Sequence record: MH697587.1
Strand: one strand, 5' to 3'
Source of the DNA: Mycobacterium phage IPhane7
DNA: 24,000 nucleotides
The notes under the pieces are model-generated. The model was not told the DNA's origin, made no database searches, and saw only the letters and a program-made list of their open reading frames with translations. Both the position numbers and the translations under genes were made by a program. Of this stretch, positions 23,171 to 24,000 are shown piece by piece. Position 1 is the first letter of the stretch; every line of letters starts with the position of its first letter.

Positions 23171-23180
23171 CACCACCACT

Positions 23181-23220
23181 GCGCCGGTCCCTCAAAACTG
23201 TTGGGGGACCGGCGCTTTCC
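23181..23220 (+). terminator. hairpin terminator after the SPFH gene
   Basis: Perfect 11-bp GCGCCGGTCCC / GGGACCGGCGC followed by TTTCC. Confidence 0.75.
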
Positions 23221-23234
23221 TCTGAAAGGCAACA

Positions 23235-23582
23235 ATGAGCACCTTCTCCTCTTACCAGACGGCCACCGGCACCACCGCGATCTACCCTGGCGCGGCCGAT
23301 CCCGAGTCGATCATGGGATTGTCGTATGCAGCAATGGGTCTCGCGAACGAGGCGGGCGAGGTTCTGGGCAAGGTCAAGAAGATCATCCGCGACAACGACG
23401 GCGTGATCACCGCCGAGCATCGGGAGAACATCGCCAAGGAGCTGGGCGACACGCTGTGGTACCTGGCGCAGGTGGCGACGCAGATCGATTACCCGCTGTC
23501 GCTGATCGCTCAGGAGAACCTGGACAAGCTGGCCGACCGGGCGGAGCGTGGCGTCCTGCAGGGATCGGGGGACAACCGATGA
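23235..23582 (+). CDS. MazG-like nucleotide pyrophosphohydrolase
   Basis: YAAMGLANEAGEVLGKVKKIIRD...ENIAKELGDTLWYLAQVA: EExxE/ExxD-type MazG motifs. Confidence 0.88.
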   Translation: MSTFSSYQTATGTTAIYPGAADPESIMGLSYAAMGLANEAGEVLGKVKKIIRDNDGVITAEHRENIAKELGDTLWYLAQVATQIDYPLSLIAQENLDKLADRAERGVLQGSGDNR

Positions 23583-23845
23583 GCGTCAGGCAGAGCGCTG
23601 TCCTCGACCACACCGCGACCGGTGAGGGTTGGGATCTCATCCACTCGATCCGGCATCGCGGCGGCAGTGTCACGAGCATCTACACACACAAGTATCGGGG
23701 CGTGGCGCACGTCCGGACCCGCGACGGCCAGGTGATCGGCTTCTCCTGGCTCAATGAGCGCAACGAGAACCCCGCCACGATCATGGCGTCGAGCGACATG
23801 TTTGAGTCGGCGCTGGAGGTTCTGATGGGGGAGCGCACCAGGTGA
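23579..23845 (+). CDS. hypothetical protein
   Basis: ATG 23579 overlapping the upstream TGA. Confidence 0.65.
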   Translation: MSVRQSAVLDHTATGEGWDLIHSIRHRGGSVTSIYTHKYRGVAHVRTRDGQVIGFSWLNERNENPATIMASSDMFESALEVLMGERTR

Positions 23846-23991
23846 CCCTCACGGTGAAGCTGCTGGGCTTTGAGGTGGTGACGTTGGAGCTTGACATCAC
23901 TGAGATGTCCTCCGACGCACCGCGTCTCACGCCCGTCGACAAGAGCGTCAAGGGTCTGTCCAATTGGTGGGTACGGAGGATGAACAAGTGA
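23842..23991 (+). CDS. 49-aa hypothetical protein
   Basis: GTG 23842 in a 4-nt overlap; another GTG at 23988 starts a gene truncated by the window end. Confidence 0.6.
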   Translation: MTLTVKLLGFEVVTLELDITEMSSDAPRLTPVDKSVKGLSNWWVRRMNK

Positions 23992-24000
23992 CCGTCACGA

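Overview
The window is a 24 kb piece of a large actinobacteriophage-type genome. All convincing genes are on the + strand, mostly tightly packed with 1-4 nt stop/start overlaps. Left part (1-15.1 kb) is a replication, recombination and regulation module: PD-(D/E)XK exonuclease-like protein, ClpP-like protease, SSB, helicase-loader-like protein, DnaB-like helicase, two WhiB-like regulators, a resolvase-like nuclease, cupin-like protein, endonuclease VII, DUF5664-like protein, DEDD exonuclease, NUMOD4/HNH protein, dual-specificity phosphatase, and many small ORFans. Right part (15.2-20.9 kb) is an RNA array. It holds a tmRNA (15492..15894) whose tag reads AAFVDADYAVAA, and about 22 tRNA-like genes whose anticodons together cover all 20 amino acids. 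NrdF and two small ORFs are embedded in the array. After a strong terminator come RtcB, an SPFH/band-7 protein and a MazG-like protein. The most interesting signals are: an rRNA-leader-like TTGAGAACTCAATAGTG element plus hairpin in front of the tmRNA; paired non-canonical D- and T-loops in the Cys and Ile tRNAs; about 1.2 kb of highly structured RNA spacers with orphan T-arms that standard tRNA models may not explain; RtcB next to the array; and a 13-bp element TCCTGTAATCACC repeated exactly at three gene-boundary sites. All RNA folding and homology calls were made by eye, without searches.
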